Shown here piece after piece: positions 45,218 to 54,165 of a DNA stretch of 64,000 nt. The stretch spans positions 1,472,001 through 1,536,000 of the forward strand of contig CBDDPY010000002.1 of the NCBI GenBank assembly GCA_965232515.1. Direction: 5' to 3'. The notes beneath the pieces are model-generated. The model had not been told where the DNA came from. It ran no database searches and was given only the letters and a program-made list of their open reading frames with translations. Made by a program: the position numbers and the translations under genes. Within the stretch, counting starts at the first letter, position 1; each line of letters starts with the position of its first letter. Origin of the DNA: Alphaproteobacteria bacterium (GTDB lineage Bacteria; Pseudomonadota; Alphaproteobacteria; GCA-2731375).

Positions 45218-46027
45218 TCAACCCGCCCAGGGCGGGCGACGCTTGGCCATAAAGGCGTCGATACCGGCCTGCGCCGCCGGTTGGCGCAACAGCGCGGCGA
45301 GGCTATCGGCGGCATCGTCCATGACCGCGACGTCGGGCTGGTCGTTCACACTCAGCACCAGCCGCTTCACGGTCGCCAGCGCCGCCGGCTCGCAGGCGAG
45401 GATGTCCGCCAGCACCTGCGCCAGTGCGGCCTCGACCGCGGCCGCGTCGTCGCAGCAGTGATGCACGAGGCCGATGTCGACGCCGGCCCGGCCGTCGATG
45501 ACCCGGGCCGTGACGGCGAGCCGGCGCGCATGGCCCTCGCCGATGCGGCGGACCACGAACGGAATGATCTGCGAGGGGATGAAGCCGACGCGCGGCTCCG
45601 GCATGCCGAACTTGGCGTCGGCCCGCGCGATCACCACGTCCGAGCAGCAGGCCATGCCCAGGCCGCCCCCGACGGCCGCGCCCTCGACCACGGCGACCAC
45701 GGCCTGCGGCAAGTGGTTGAGCGCGGCCAGCACATCGCCATAGGCCCGGTAGGGCGCGACCAGCGGGTCCGGCTCACCCGGCGGCGGCGCGGGCGGCATG
45801 TTGGCCATGGCGTCGAGATCGCCGCCGGCGCAGAAGTTGCCGCCGGCGCCGCGCAGCACGACGACGCGCAATTCCGGATCGTCGCGGGCGACGGCCAGCA
45901 CGGCGCCGATCTCGTCCATCATCTGGTGCGTCAGCGCGTTGCGCCGGTCCGGCCGGTTGAAGGTCAGGTCCAGCCGGCCGTCGGTGCGGGTGAGCGAGAG
46001 GTTTTCAGTCACAGGATAGTCACGCAT
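45218..46027 (-). CDS. Enoyl-CoA hydratase/isomerase family protein
   Basis: NRPDRRNAL, FCAGGDL, AVGGGLG, FGMPE. Confidence 0.92.
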   Translation of the reverse strand: MRDYPVTENLSLTRTDGRLDLTFNRPDRRNALTHQMMDEIGAVLAVARDDPELRVVVLRGAGGNFCAGGDLDAMANMPPAPPPGEPDPLVAPYRAYGDVLAALNHLPQAVVAVVEGAAVGGGLGMACCSDVVIARADAKFGMPEPRVGFIPSQIIPFVVRRIGEGHARRLAVTARVIDGRAGVDIGLVHHCCDDAAAVEAALAQVLADILACEPAALATVKRLVLSVNDQPDVAVMDDAADSLAALLRQPAAQAGIDAFMAKRRPPWAG

Positions 46028-46112
46028 GGCCGGAAACTTACGGCATGTGGCGGGGGCGCGGAAGCCGGGCTAAGCTTTGCCTAATGGACAAGGGCGCGAA
46101 CGGGAGGCCGGC

Positions 46113-46871
46113 ATGGACGTCAAGGACAAGGTGGTAATCATCACGGGCGGCGGGCGCGGCCTGGGCCGGGCCTATGCCGAGAGCCTGGCAGCGGCCGGCG
46201 CCGCCGTTGCCGTGGGCGACGTGCTGGACTGCGGCGACACGGTCGCCGCGGTCGAGCAGGCCGGCGGCCGCGCCATCGGTCAGCACCTGGACGTCACCGA
46301 CATGGGCAGTTGCCAAGCCCTCGCGGATGCCACCGTCGAAGCCTTCGGCCGCATCGATGGCCTTGTCAACAACGCCGCGCTCTACGGCAGCATCAAGGGT
46401 GGTCGCTTCGACCAGCTCGACGAGGCGCAGTGGGACGCCGTGATGAACGTCAACATCAAGGGCATCTGGCAGTGCTGCAAGGCCGGGATCGGCCCGATGC
46501 GCGATGCCGGCGGCGGCTCCATCGTCAACATCGCCTCGCTCGCCGCCGTCTACGGCCTGCCGTTCGGGCTGGACTACGCCATGTCGAAAGCGGCCGTCAT
46601 CGGCATGACGCGAAGCTTGGCGCGCGAGCTTGGGCGCGACTGGGTCCGCGTCAACGCCGTCGCGCCATCCGCCGTGATGACCGAAGGCACGGAGGAGTAT
46701 TTCGGCGACAAGTTGGAGCGCGCGGCCCAGGTGATCGCCTCGGGCCAGAGCCTGCAGCGCAACCTGCAGACCGAAGACCTGACCGGCACCATCCACTATC
46801 TCGTCAGCGACGCCAGCCGCTTCGTCACCGGCCAGACACTCATGGTCGACGGCGGCACGGTGTTTCTCTGA
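46113..46871 (+). CDS. SDR family oxidoreductase
   Basis: TGGGRGLG, LVNNAA, YAMSK, VNAVAP, VTGQTLMVDGG. Confidence 0.93.
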   Translation: MDVKDKVVIITGGGRGLGRAYAESLAAAGAAVAVGDVLDCGDTVAAVEQAGGRAIGQHLDVTDMGSCQALADATVEAFGRIDGLVNNAALYGSIKGGRFDQLDEAQWDAVMNVNIKGIWQCCKAGIGPMRDAGGGSIVNIASLAAVYGLPFGLDYAMSKAAVIGMTRSLARELGRDWVRVNAVAPSAVMTEGTEEYFGDKLERAAQVIASGQSLQRNLQTEDLTGTIHYLVSDASRFVTGQTLMVDGGTVFL

Positions 46872-46895
46872 CCCCGCCAACCGGAGGACAGCACC

Positions 46896-47759
46896 ATGAT
46901 GTCCGTCACGCGTTTGGATGCCCCGTTCGGCGTCGAGGTCACCGGCCTCGACATCGCTGCCGGCCTCGAGGATGCCGAGATGCGCGAACTCGCCGGCCTC
47001 CTGCACGACAACCGGCTCGTGGTGATCCGCGACCAGGAGCTCAGCAAGGAACAGTATCTCGCCTTCGGCCGGCGCTGGGGCGCACCGATCCCGCACGCGC
47101 TCGACCATCTGCGCATGCCCGGCTATCCCGAGCTGATGGAGGTCGGCAACACGACCGAGAAGGACCGCAAGGACGAGATCCGCAACGGCGCCGCCTTCTG
47201 GCACACCGACCAGTCGTACGAGGCCGAGCCGTCGACCGCGACCATGCTCTATTGCCGCATGGCGCCCGAGACCGGCGGCGAGACCCAGGTCGCCGACCTC
47301 GCCGCCGCCTATGACGCGCTGGACGACGCGATGAAAGCCCGGCTCGACGGCCTGGTGGCGACGCATCTCTACGGCGCCGCCAGCGGCCGGGGCGACGAGA
47401 ACATCGCCGCGCCGATCGTCAACAAGGATCAGGCGGACAAGCTGCCGCCGGTGCGCCACCGCATCGCCCGCCCGCATCCCGTGACCGGCCGCGTCACGCT
47501 CTACGCCGTCGCCGGCACGCCCTACGGCATCGAGGGCCTGGCTGACGAGGCGGCGCAGGACCTGCTGGACGACCTGAAGGCCCACGCCCTGCAGGAACGA
47601 TTCATCTATCGCCACAAGTACCGGATCGGCGACATCGCCATCTGGGACACCGGCCAAACGCTGCATTCGGGCGTGCCCATCGAGGTCGCGACCGGCCGGC
47701 AGGACAGCCGCCTGCTCTGGCGTATCAGTGTCAGGGGCGTACCGGAGGTCTGCGTCTAG
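46896..47759 (+). CDS. TauD/TfdA family dioxygenase
   Basis: WHTD, GGETQVAD, HPVTGR, WDTGQTLH. Confidence 0.9.
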   Translation: MMSVTRLDAPFGVEVTGLDIAAGLEDAEMRELAGLLHDNRLVVIRDQELSKEQYLAFGRRWGAPIPHALDHLRMPGYPELMEVGNTTEKDRKDEIRNGAAFWHTDQSYEAEPSTATMLYCRMAPETGGETQVADLAAAYDALDDAMKARLDGLVATHLYGAASGRGDENIAAPIVNKDQADKLPPVRHRIARPHPVTGRVTLYAVAGTPYGIEGLADEAAQDLLDDLKAHALQERFIYRHKYRIGDIAIWDTGQTLHSGVPIEVATGRQDSRLLWRISVRGVPEVCV

Positions 47760-47887
47760 TCGGCTGGAGGGGGGGTGTCGCGTAGCGGAGATCGCGGAAC
47801 AACCCCATGCACAGGAACGGTCAAGCAGAAAGATCGGCGGAATCCCTGGCCAGTTCGATGCTTCCGAAAATGTCGAAATGAGGTCTC

Positions 47888-48757
47888 ATGTTTGACGTTC
47901 TTCCGATGACCGGCACGGTCGGCGCGGAGATCGCCGGTATCGATCTCTCGGCGCCGGTTGGCACGGCCGAGGCGGAGGCGCTTCGCGCGGCGCTGTGGTC
48001 GCATCAGGTTATTGTGTGCCGCGACCAGCATCTCGACATCGCGGCGCAGAAGCGGCTGACCGAGGTGTTTGGGCCGATCACACGCCTGCCCTATGTCGAG
48101 CCGATGGCGGACGACGCGGATGTGATCGCCGTGCTGAAGGAGGCGGACGAGACCAACGTCGGCGTCTTTGGCGGCGACTGGCATTCGGACTTCAGTTTTC
48201 TGGAACGGCCGCCCGCTGGCTCGGTGCTGAACGCGGTCGAGGTGCCGACCTATGGCGGCGACACGGTCTGGGCCAACATGATCGCCGCCTACGCCGCCCT
48301 GCCCGCCGACCTGCGCGCCGCCGTCGACGGCCGCGACGCGATCCATGTCGGCGCGCCCTACGGCGCCAAATACGCGCCGCCCCAAGAGAGTCGCGCGGGC
48401 CGCTCGATCCGCATGACGCGGGGCGACCCCGCCGCCGACCGCGAGGTCCGGCACCCGGCCGTGCGCACGCACCCGGAGAGCGGCGGCCAGGCGCTGTTCG
48501 TCAACCCGATCTATACGACGCGCCTCGACGGCATGACCGAGGCCGAAAGCGCACCGATCCTGGCCGCGCTCTACAAGCACTGCGTCCGGCCCGAATTCTG
48601 CTGCCGCCTGCGCTGGACGCCGGGCACGGTCGCGGTCTGGGACAACCGCACCACCATGCATTACGCCGTCAACGACTACGACGGCGTCCGGCGGCTACTC
48701 TACCGCACGACGTTTGGCGAGGGCGGACGGTCGCCTTCCATGGCGGAATCCCAATAG
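47888..48757 (+). CDS. TauD/TfdA family dioxygenase
   Basis: WHSD, GGDTVWAN, HPAVRTHPES, WDNRTTMH. Confidence 0.92.
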   Translation: MFDVLPMTGTVGAEIAGIDLSAPVGTAEAEALRAALWSHQVIVCRDQHLDIAAQKRLTEVFGPITRLPYVEPMADDADVIAVLKEADETNVGVFGGDWHSDFSFLERPPAGSVLNAVEVPTYGGDTVWANMIAAYAALPADLRAAVDGRDAIHVGAPYGAKYAPPQESRAGRSIRMTRGDPAADREVRHPAVRTHPESGGQALFVNPIYTTRLDGMTEAESAPILAALYKHCVRPEFCCRLRWTPGTVAVWDNRTTMHYAVNDYDGVRRLLYRTTFGEGGRSPSMAESQ

Positions 48758-49644
48758 GGCGGATCAGCGAAGACCGCGCGCAGGTGATCGACGAGGGCCC
48801 GCACCTTGGTGGAGAGGTGCAGGTTCCGCGGATAGACCGCGTAGACCGTATCTTCGATGAGCTCGTCTTCGAGCGGCGCCACGACCAGACGGCCCTCTTT
48901 GATCGCCTGGCTGGCGATGAATGTCGGCAGCATCGCAATCCCCAGCCCGGCCGCAACGGCCTCGCGCTGGACGACGCCGTTGTTCACCTGAAGGGCGTTC
49001 CTGACCCGGACCCCGGTCGTGCGCCCGTCACGCACAAACACCCACTCGTCGTAGACCCGCAGGTTCGTATAGGTGATCGCCTTATGACCTTCGAGATCGG
49101 TCAGGGTTCGCGGCATGCCGTGTTCCGCCGCATAGGCGGGGCTCATCACCACGCAACGCCGGCTGCGGCACAGCTTGCGCGCGATCAGGCTTGAGTCCGC
49201 CAGCCGCCCGATGCGGACGGCCATGTCGAAACCTCCGCCGACGATATCGGTCGTTCGATCATTCAGATCGAGCAAAAGGTCGATGCGCGGATGGCGCTTG
49301 AGAAAGGGATAAAGCGCAGGCCCGATATGCATCGTCCCGAAGGTCATCGGCGCGGCGACCCGAAGAGGGCCGACCAGATCGCCCATGCGTTCGGCGATGG
49401 CGGCCGCCGCCTCGGTAAGTTCGTGCGAGATCCGAGCGGCCGTTTCATAGAAAGCCGCGCCTTCGTCGGTGAGTGTGAGCTTGCGGGTCGAGCGGTGCAG
49501 CAGGCGGGCGCCGAGCCGTGACTCGAGTTCCGCCAGCCGGCCACTGACCACCGACTTCGACAGCGACATGCGGCGCGCCGCTTCGCTGATCGAGCCCGCC
49601 TGAACGATCGCGACAAAGGTTTCCATGCCGTCCAGCTTCAACAT
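48700..49644 (-). CDS. LysR family transcriptional regulator
   Basis: GSISEAARRMSLSKSVVS HTH, LLHRSTRKLTLT, FDMAVRIG. Confidence 0.93.
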   Translation of the reverse strand: MLKLDGMETFVAIVQAGSISEAARRMSLSKSVVSGRLAELESRLGARLLHRSTRKLTLTDEGAAFYETAARISHELTEAAAAIAERMGDLVGPLRVAAPMTFGTMHIGPALYPFLKRHPRIDLLLDLNDRTTDIVGGGFDMAVRIGRLADSSLIARKLCRSRRCVVMSPAYAAEHGMPRTLTDLEGHKAITYTNLRVYDEWVFVRDGRTTGVRVRNALQVNNGVVQREAVAAGLGIAMLPTFIASQAIKEGRLVVAPLEDELIEDTVYAVYPRNLHLSTKVRALVDHLRAVFADPPYWDSAMEGDRPPSPNVVR

Positions 49645-49827
49645 CGTTCGATATTCCCGAACAATACTTTCGAGTTTTGCCATCTTCTTTCGGAAAAGAA
49701 GAACGCATATCTCTGCCATCGTCAAACCCATAAGGACCGAAGCAGTCCGCTCTCCCGACGGCAACGGGAGACACGAACACGGCGGGGCGTCCAGATCGTC
49801 ACCCCGTCAAGCAAGGAGACAGATGAA

Positions 49828-50583
49828 ATGTCGTCCAAGACCCTTCCTTATCTTGCCGTCATGTCCGTGGCGGCATGGTTGACGGCGTCGGCCGTGGTCG
49901 CACACGGGCCACGGGCCGGCGGCATCGTCGCACCTGAGTCCGAGCGCACAACGGCGTCCTTCGACATCATCCACGCGAAGATCACGACCAAAGGCAGAGT
50001 CGCCCTCTTCCACATGGGCGTGTCGGATGCGGCGGGAAAGCTGCTGCCGACACCCTCCGGCAAGGTCGCCGGTAGCGAAGGCTTTGCCTATGTCTGGCCG
50101 ACGACGATCGATCCTTACGAAGTCGGCTTCGAAGGCGGCGCCGGCATTCTCGCCCTCGCCGTCGCGTCGCATCCCGATTTCGACGACACGCCGCTGTTCG
50201 ACGAGAGCGGCGACGGCGACTTCGACAACGACGGCGCCGTCTGGCACAGCCATTGGGTCGTGCTCGGCCCCGACGAGGCCTGCGGCCCCGGCGCGCTGAA
50301 GGTGATCGACATCCCGGAGGGAGCCAAGCCCCGTCTGCCGAAAACATGGCCGGGCCTGCCCATCCTCTTGGACAGCCCGGGCTGGGAGCCCGCGATCAGC
50401 GGCGACACAGTCGAAATTGCGGTGCCCTTTGACGATATCGCGGTTGTCGAGGACGCGGCGTTCGACGGCGTGACCGTCGGCTTGCGGGTGAACAAGAACC
50501 TGCACGCGCCCTTCTTCTGCGTCGCCGATGTCTTCGACGTCGCCTCGGGCGACCTGACCTTGCCCGGCAAGGTCAACAAATGA
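49828..50583 (+). CDS. Exported hypothetical protein
   Basis: Signal peptide; acidic HPDFDDTPLFDESGDGDFDNDG then WHSHWVVL; RBS AAGGAG; divergent from LysR. Confidence 0.75.
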   Translation: MSSKTLPYLAVMSVAAWLTASAVVAHGPRAGGIVAPESERTTASFDIIHAKITTKGRVALFHMGVSDAAGKLLPTPSGKVAGSEGFAYVWPTTIDPYEVGFEGGAGILALAVASHPDFDDTPLFDESGDGDFDNDGAVWHSHWVVLGPDEACGPGALKVIDIPEGAKPRLPKTWPGLPILLDSPGWEPAISGDTVEIAVPFDDIAVVEDAAFDGVTVGLRVNKNLHAPFFCVADVFDVASGDLTLPGKVNK

Positions 50584-50698
50584 CCGTACCCGGCGGCGAC
50601 GCATGCCGCCGCCGGGCTTGCCCCCAACTCGTGTCAGGCGAATTCGAGATGGCAAAACCTTGGCTGCCACACCTGACCACTGCAGCGGAGAAAATCTG

Positions 50699-50989
50699 AT
50701 GAGCGCATATTTCTTGTTCGACAACCTCGACGTCACCGATCCCGCGAAACTTGAGGAATACAGCCGGAACGTCGGGCCGGTGGTGGAGAGCTTTGGCGGC
50801 CGCTACCGGGTTCTGGGCGGTCCGACGACGATTTTCGAAGGCGACTGGCAGCCGCGCTATCCCGTCATCATCGAGTTCGACAGCGCCGAAAGGGCGCGCG
50901 CCTGGTACGAGTCCGATCAATACCGCGACCTGAAAGCCCTGCGCCAGTCAGCCGTCAAATGCAACGGCGTGCTGATCGAGGGGCTTTAG
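50699..50989 (+). CDS. DUF1330 family protein
   Basis: MSAY...VTDP...Y...FGGRY...EGDW...IIEFDS.ERARAWYES..Y. Confidence 0.85.
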   Translation: MSAYFLFDNLDVTDPAKLEEYSRNVGPVVESFGGRYRVLGGPTTIFEGDWQPRYPVIIEFDSAERARAWYESDQYRDLKALRQSAVKCNGVLIEGL

Positions 50990-51150
50990 GGCGCGAGGCG
51001 CTTGTAGGTGAAGGAGATGCTTTTCAGACCCGCGCCGAGCGGGCCCCTCGGCAGTCTACCGATTTGGGCGGCTCGTGACGCCGTGCGGTCATTGAGTTTT
51101 TCTCGGATGCCCCTTGCCAACGACAAGAGTAGCCGGAAAGCGAAAGAGCG

Positions 51151-51648
51151 ATGAACCCGGGTCTGGAATTGAAAGAGCTGGCGCAGTTAGGCAGTCGGCA
51201 AATTCGTGCGCTCAAGCGGCTCGAGATTTCCGATCAGCAGGTGGAGTTTGGCGGATCGTTCAAGAAATCCATCGATGAGTGCTTGTCCGGCCCACCGGAT
51301 GCAATTCGCGGCTTGGCCGTATTGTTCGACAGTTCGCCCGTGGGGTTGGTCGTTCTAAAGCGTCCGCCGCTCTCGCCTGCCTGGGCTTCCGAAGACATGG
51401 TAACGCTCCACGGTCTGAAGATAGACATCCGTTGGCAGGGCAAAGGCTACGGCAGAGCTGCATTTTCCGGCGCAATGGCTTTGTGTAGGTCGATTTGGCC
51501 CGACGCGAAGCAATTGGCGCTTTCCGTCGATGCGGGGAATGAAGTGGCTTTGTCTCTCTACAAGAGCTTTGGAATGACGGACAGCGGTCCGATTTACCAA
51601 GGTCGGATCGGTCGCGAACACCGGCTTCAGATTGCGCTTTCGTTGTAA
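51151..51648 (+). CDS. GNAT family N-acetyltransferase
   Basis: WQGKGYG acetyl-CoA motif, NEVALSLYKSFG. Confidence 0.85.
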   Translation: MNPGLELKELAQLGSRQIRALKRLEISDQQVEFGGSFKKSIDECLSGPPDAIRGLAVLFDSSPVGLVVLKRPPLSPAWASEDMVTLHGLKIDIRWQGKGYGRAAFSGAMALCRSIWPDAKQLALSVDAGNEVALSLYKSFGMTDSGPIYQGRIGREHRLQIALSL

Positions 51649-51711
51649 ATGCTCGCCAACTCATGTAGCTTACGCTTATTAATATCGTACTAGTATGCGG
51701 GGGGTTTTCTG

Positions 51712-52356
51712 ATGATATTCAAAAGCTTAGCGGCATCGCTCGTCCTTCTGGCGGCGATGACAACCACCGCTGCGGCGACGCCGGTGTTGTGGACGCTCGA
51801 CTATGCCATCGAGTTTCAGAACGATCCTTTCATTCAGCCTGATATCACGTTCGCCGGCACATTTGTCTATGACGCCGACACCGGCGTAGCATCCGACATC
51901 TTGATCAACAATAGCTTGGGCGAAACTTTCGACACCGACATCACCGGAATTCCGACTTTTGGTGTGGACCCCTCGGCTCTCCTTTTCGCGACAGACACGC
52001 CGCAGGTGGGCGGCGGCAGCGTCATTTTTATTCAACTCGGTTTAACGGGCGGCGCGCCGTTGCCCAATGCGGGCGGAAGCTTTGCGGTTGATGGTCTAGC
52101 GGCGGTCGATGACTTTTTCCTCACTCATATGATTTGCGGCTCGGTCAACGCCCTCTGTGACGGGATCGGATTTACCGACATCGACCTTGCGGCCTCGAAC
52201 ATTGTTGGAACGTTGACCGGCCGCCCGATTGCCGTCCCGGCGCCGGGCGCCGCCTTGCTGTTCGTGACCGGACTGTTGGGCCTCGGCGCGGTCGCTCGCC
52301 GGCGACGCAAATCTGGCGACGAAAAATCCGGACAACCCGCATCTGCTCACCGATAA
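51712..52356 (+). CDS. PEP-CTERM/VPLPA-CTERM sorting-domain protein
   Basis: Signal peptide (AAA-TP) and C-terminal VPAPGAALLFVTGLLGLGAVARRRRK. Confidence 0.85.
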   Translation: MIFKSLAASLVLLAAMTTTAAATPVLWTLDYAIEFQNDPFIQPDITFAGTFVYDADTGVASDILINNSLGETFDTDITGIPTFGVDPSALLFATDTPQVGGGSVIFIQLGLTGGAPLPNAGGSFAVDGLAAVDDFFLTHMICGSVNALCDGIGFTDIDLAASNIVGTLTGRPIAVPAPGAALLFVTGLLGLGAVARRRRKSGDEKSGQPASAHR

Positions 52357-52488
52357 TTCTTAGGCGACGAACTCGTCGTCTCGCATGTAAAGAACGCCAT
52401 GACCTTGTCCAGACCGGCGGATTGAGGTCGACGCCGTCGTTGTGTGGCGAATTCTTTACGGTTGTCTTGTTGAAGCGTCGGACATTCC

Positions 52489-52782
52489 GTGAGCGTCCTG
52501 TAAACCAGCCCTGCCGCTGATGACGTCAGGCTGTTACGCTCAGGTCTGAGCGTAAAGCCAGGGCAGCAGCTCGTCGATACGGGTGATCTTGTGATCAGCG
52601 ATGCGGGCGAGTGTATCGGTGAGCCATGCCAGCGGATCGACGCCATTCAGTTTGGCAGTCTCGATTAGTGTATAGGCGATGGCGGCCGATTTGCCGCCGC
52701 CTTCGGAGCCGGCGAAGAGCCGATTTTTACGCCCTACGGCAATTCTACGCATGGCGCGCTCGGCGGCATTAGTGTCGAGCTC
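52489..52782 (-). mobile_element. IS66-family remnant (TnpC C-terminus plus right end)
   Basis: [54 protein letters not shown]...RIDELLPW; terminal GTGAGCGTCC resembles the IS66 GTAAGCG end. Confidence 0.85.
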
Positions 52783-52820
52783 CCTGCTGGTCGAACGCCG
52801 CGCCGCGGGACAAGCGCTGT

Positions 52821-52850
52821 CTGGATTGCCGGATCAAGTCCGGCAATGAC
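52821..52850. repeat. REP-like palindromic unit
   Basis: CTGGATTGCCGGATCAAGTCCGGCAATGAC (ATTGCCGGA/TCCGGCAAT stem), a type of intergenic repeat common in alphaproteobacteria. Confidence 0.65.
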
Positions 52851-52986
52851 GCTATGACCGTGGTTCGTTACCGGTGAACGGAAATTTGTAGTGCGCGCTC
52901 GGCCGGAAACGTGTCCCATTGCATCGGGCAGGAACAAGCCTTGGCGGGGGCCGGGACGCACCACTGTTGGCGGAGGGACCAGGACG

Positions 52987-53868
52987 ATGACGGACAGCAA
53001 GATCGACGATCGCGTATTCAAGCTTTACGACGACTACTGCCACGGCCGGCTCGACCGGCGGGGCTTTCTCGGCCGGGCCGCGGCCCTGACGGTCGCCGGC
53101 GGCTCGGCACTGGCCATGGCGCAGAGCCTGCTGCCGAACTATGCCAAGGCGCAGACGATCTCGTTCACCGACAAGCGCATCAAGGCGCGCTACGTGACCT
53201 ATCCCTCGCCCGGCGGCACTTCCGGCGAGATGCGCGGCTATCTGGTGCAGCCGGCGGGCGACGGCCCCTTCCCGTCCGTGCTGGTGATCCACGAGAACCG
53301 CGGCCTGAACCCCTATATCGAGGACGTCGCCCGGCGCGCGGCGGTCGCCGGCTTCCTGGCCCTGGCGCCGGACGGGCTGTCGCCGATCGGCGGCTATCCC
53401 GGCAACGACGACGACGGCCGGGCGATGCAGAAGACGCTGGACCAGGCCAAGCTGCGCCAGGACATGGTGAACGGCGCGCGTTATGTGAAGGCGCACACGC
53501 TGTCGACGGGCAGGCTCGGCACGACCGGCTTCTGCTGGGGCGGCGCCGCGACCAACCACGTGGCGGTGACGCTGGGCGGGGATTTGCAGGCGGGCGTGCC
53601 GTTCTACGGCACGGCGCCGGCGACGGCCGACGTGCCGAAGATCCGCGCCGCCATGCTGGTCCACTATGCCGAGGACGACGCGCGGGTGAACGCCACCCGG
53701 GCCGACTACGAGGCGGCGCTGGTCGCCAGCAAGATCACGCACGAGATGCACAGCTATCCCGGCACCCGGCACGGCTTCCACAACAACTCGACGCCCCGCT
53801 ACGACGAAGCGGCGGCGAAGCTCGCCTGGGACCGCACCGTGGCGTTCTTCCAGACCCATTTGGCGTAG
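52987..53868 (+). CDS. Dienelactone hydrolase family protein (YghX-like)
   Basis: LYDDYCHG.LDRRGF, IHENRGLNP, GFCWGG, HGFHNNSTPRYD. Confidence 0.92.
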   Translation: MTDSKIDDRVFKLYDDYCHGRLDRRGFLGRAAALTVAGGSALAMAQSLLPNYAKAQTISFTDKRIKARYVTYPSPGGTSGEMRGYLVQPAGDGPFPSVLVIHENRGLNPYIEDVARRAAVAGFLALAPDGLSPIGGYPGNDDDGRAMQKTLDQAKLRQDMVNGARYVKAHTLSTGRLGTTGFCWGGAATNHVAVTLGGDLQAGVPFYGTAPATADVPKIRAAMLVHYAEDDARVNATRADYEAALVASKITHEMHSYPGTRHGFHNNSTPRYDEAAAKLAWDRTVAFFQTHLA

Positions 53869-53912
53869 AGAGCGGCGGGCCGCGGTTGCGTGGTGATTCA
53901 CTGCGTCACGCA

Positions 53913-54055
53913 GCCCTCACCCTCCCACGCGACTGCCGTCGCGCGGGTCCCTCCGTTGGACGTATACGTCCAACCCCGCAAGCGGGAGAGGGGACAACAA
54001 GCCGCAGTGGTAACGGCCCCCTCTCCCGCGTGCGGGAGAGGGTTGGGGTGAGGGC
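53913..54055. repeat. Inverted REP-like pair (CCCTCTCCCGC..GCGGGAGAGGG type)
   Basis: GCCCTCACCC at 53913 mirrors GGGTGAGGGC at 54046-54055; two GCGGGAGAGGG hairpin units inside. Confidence 0.7.
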
Positions 54056-54165
54056 CGACAGTGCAGCCGTGAAAACTGTTAGCAGCCAATGACACTGTGG
54101 CGGTGGATTGTTCTGGGCTATCTTGCGCGCGGGCGTGCGGGACAAGGGACACGAGGGCTGAAACG

